Virus record (IMG/VR): IMGVR_UViG_3300031576_001304
Coordinates: 1-53,798 of that record
Length of the DNA: 53,798 bases
Strand: one strand, 5' to 3'
Source: a virus
Taxonomy: Duplodnaviria > Caudoviricetes
Shown in pieces: positions 53,179-53,798 of the stretch. The number at the start of each line of letters is the position of its first letter. The stretch's first letter is position 1. A program made the translations under genes and the position numbers. The notes below the pieces were generated by a model that did not search any database, was not told the origin of the DNA, and worked only from the letters and a program-made list of their open reading frames with translations.

Positions 53179-53798
53179 GCCGCCTCCGTTCGCTTCGTCC
53201 ACTGATCCTCGCGGCCGTCCTTGTGCGTCTCGACCCACCGAAGCATGTACTGCTGGAGACCCTTGAACCACAGCCTTTTGTCATCCGAGGTCAAGCCGTG
53301 CCGCTCGGCCTTGCTGACGTGCTCTTTCGTCTGCGAACGCTTCCCATTGCCCATGTACTCGTCGATTTCTCCGGTGAGTGTCACCATGGGAAGGTAGATC
53401 CACCAGGGCGTCAGGGCGATGGCCAGCTTGTCGGCGACGCAGAGCTTCGAGTAATGCGTGTTGTACTTCTTTGCCAGATAACGCGAATGGCACAGGGTGA
53501 ACCAGAGCCACCCACGGCTGTCCGGGCACGTCTCAAAGCGCCGATCGAGCAGGCGGCCAATCCTTGTGCCGTCGAACAGCTTGTGCATGATCCTGGCGCC
53601 GGTCCAGGGGTGCTCTTCACCCTCCGGGCCGTCCATGTTGGGCTTGCCGAGGTAGCCGATATCGTGGACGAAGAACGCCACCCACAGCCGCGGGTCCGAG
53701 GGAAAGACGTACAGTTTCCACCACGCCCGCGCCACGAACCAGGGATGGATAGCGAACTGGTGCGCGCCAAACAGCACACTTCGGGTTCCCATCTTCAT
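53175..53798 (-). CDS. HD-domain-like phosphohydrolase
   Basis: H...HDIGY...H...HS...ADK. Confidence 0.65.
   Translation of the reverse strand: MKMGTRSVLFGAHQFAIHPWFVARAWWKLYVFPSDPRLWVAFFVHDIGYLGKPNMDGPEGEEHPWTGARIMHKLFDGTRIGRLLDRRFETCPDSRGWLWFTLCHSRYLAKKYNTHYSKLCVADKLAIALTPWWIYLPMVTLTGEIDEYMGNGKRSQTKEHVSKAERHGLTSDDKRLWFKGLQQYMLRWVETHKDGREDQWTKRTEAA

Larger units (their letters stand above)
1..53798. mobile_element. Temperate siphovirus-like prophage, near complete; att sites not visible in the window
   Basis: Integrase and excisionase at the left edge, then replication, terminase, portal, capsid, tail tube, tape measure and tail tip genes in canonical order. Confidence 0.95.

Overview
The window looks like one nearly complete temperate siphovirus-type prophage of about 54 kb, trimmed to gene boundaries: the integrase stop is at base 1 and an ATG is at the last base. 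The host is probably Acidobacteriota (Bryobacteraceae-like). That is an inference from the host-like DnaB, a stand-alone zf-HC2 protein and the style of several hypothetical proteins. Layout: (i) 1-13064, leftward early operon with integrase, excisionase, DnaB, Cas4-like nuclease, Sak4-like ATPase, a DUF3150-like protein and a Ycf46-like AAA+/DUF1257/DUF2997 set; (ii) a divergent control region at about 13.1-13.3 kb; (iii) 15.3-17.8 kb, a DNA-modification-like locus with a degenerate tRNA-Gly(UCC), a methyltransferase-like/GNAT(Mom)-like fusion and a ParB-like protein, directly upstream of the terminase genes; (iv) 17.8-47.3 kb, head and non-contractile tail genes, including a GGGAAAC tail-chaperone frameshift and several signal-peptide morons; (v) a metallophosphoesterase and a JAB protein; (vi) 49-53.8 kb, leftward replication initiator, nuclease, MTase, HNH, DUF5131 and nucleotide-metabolism genes. 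Strongest candidates for new biology: a translation-defective tRNA-Gly that keeps its GlyRS identity elements next to an MTase-GNAT fusion (possible dedicated Gly-tRNA-dependent DNA hypermodification), and an AAA+ ATPase whose Walker B precedes Walker A. No CI-type repressor or endolysin was recognised. All family calls come from motif reading by eye, not database searches.
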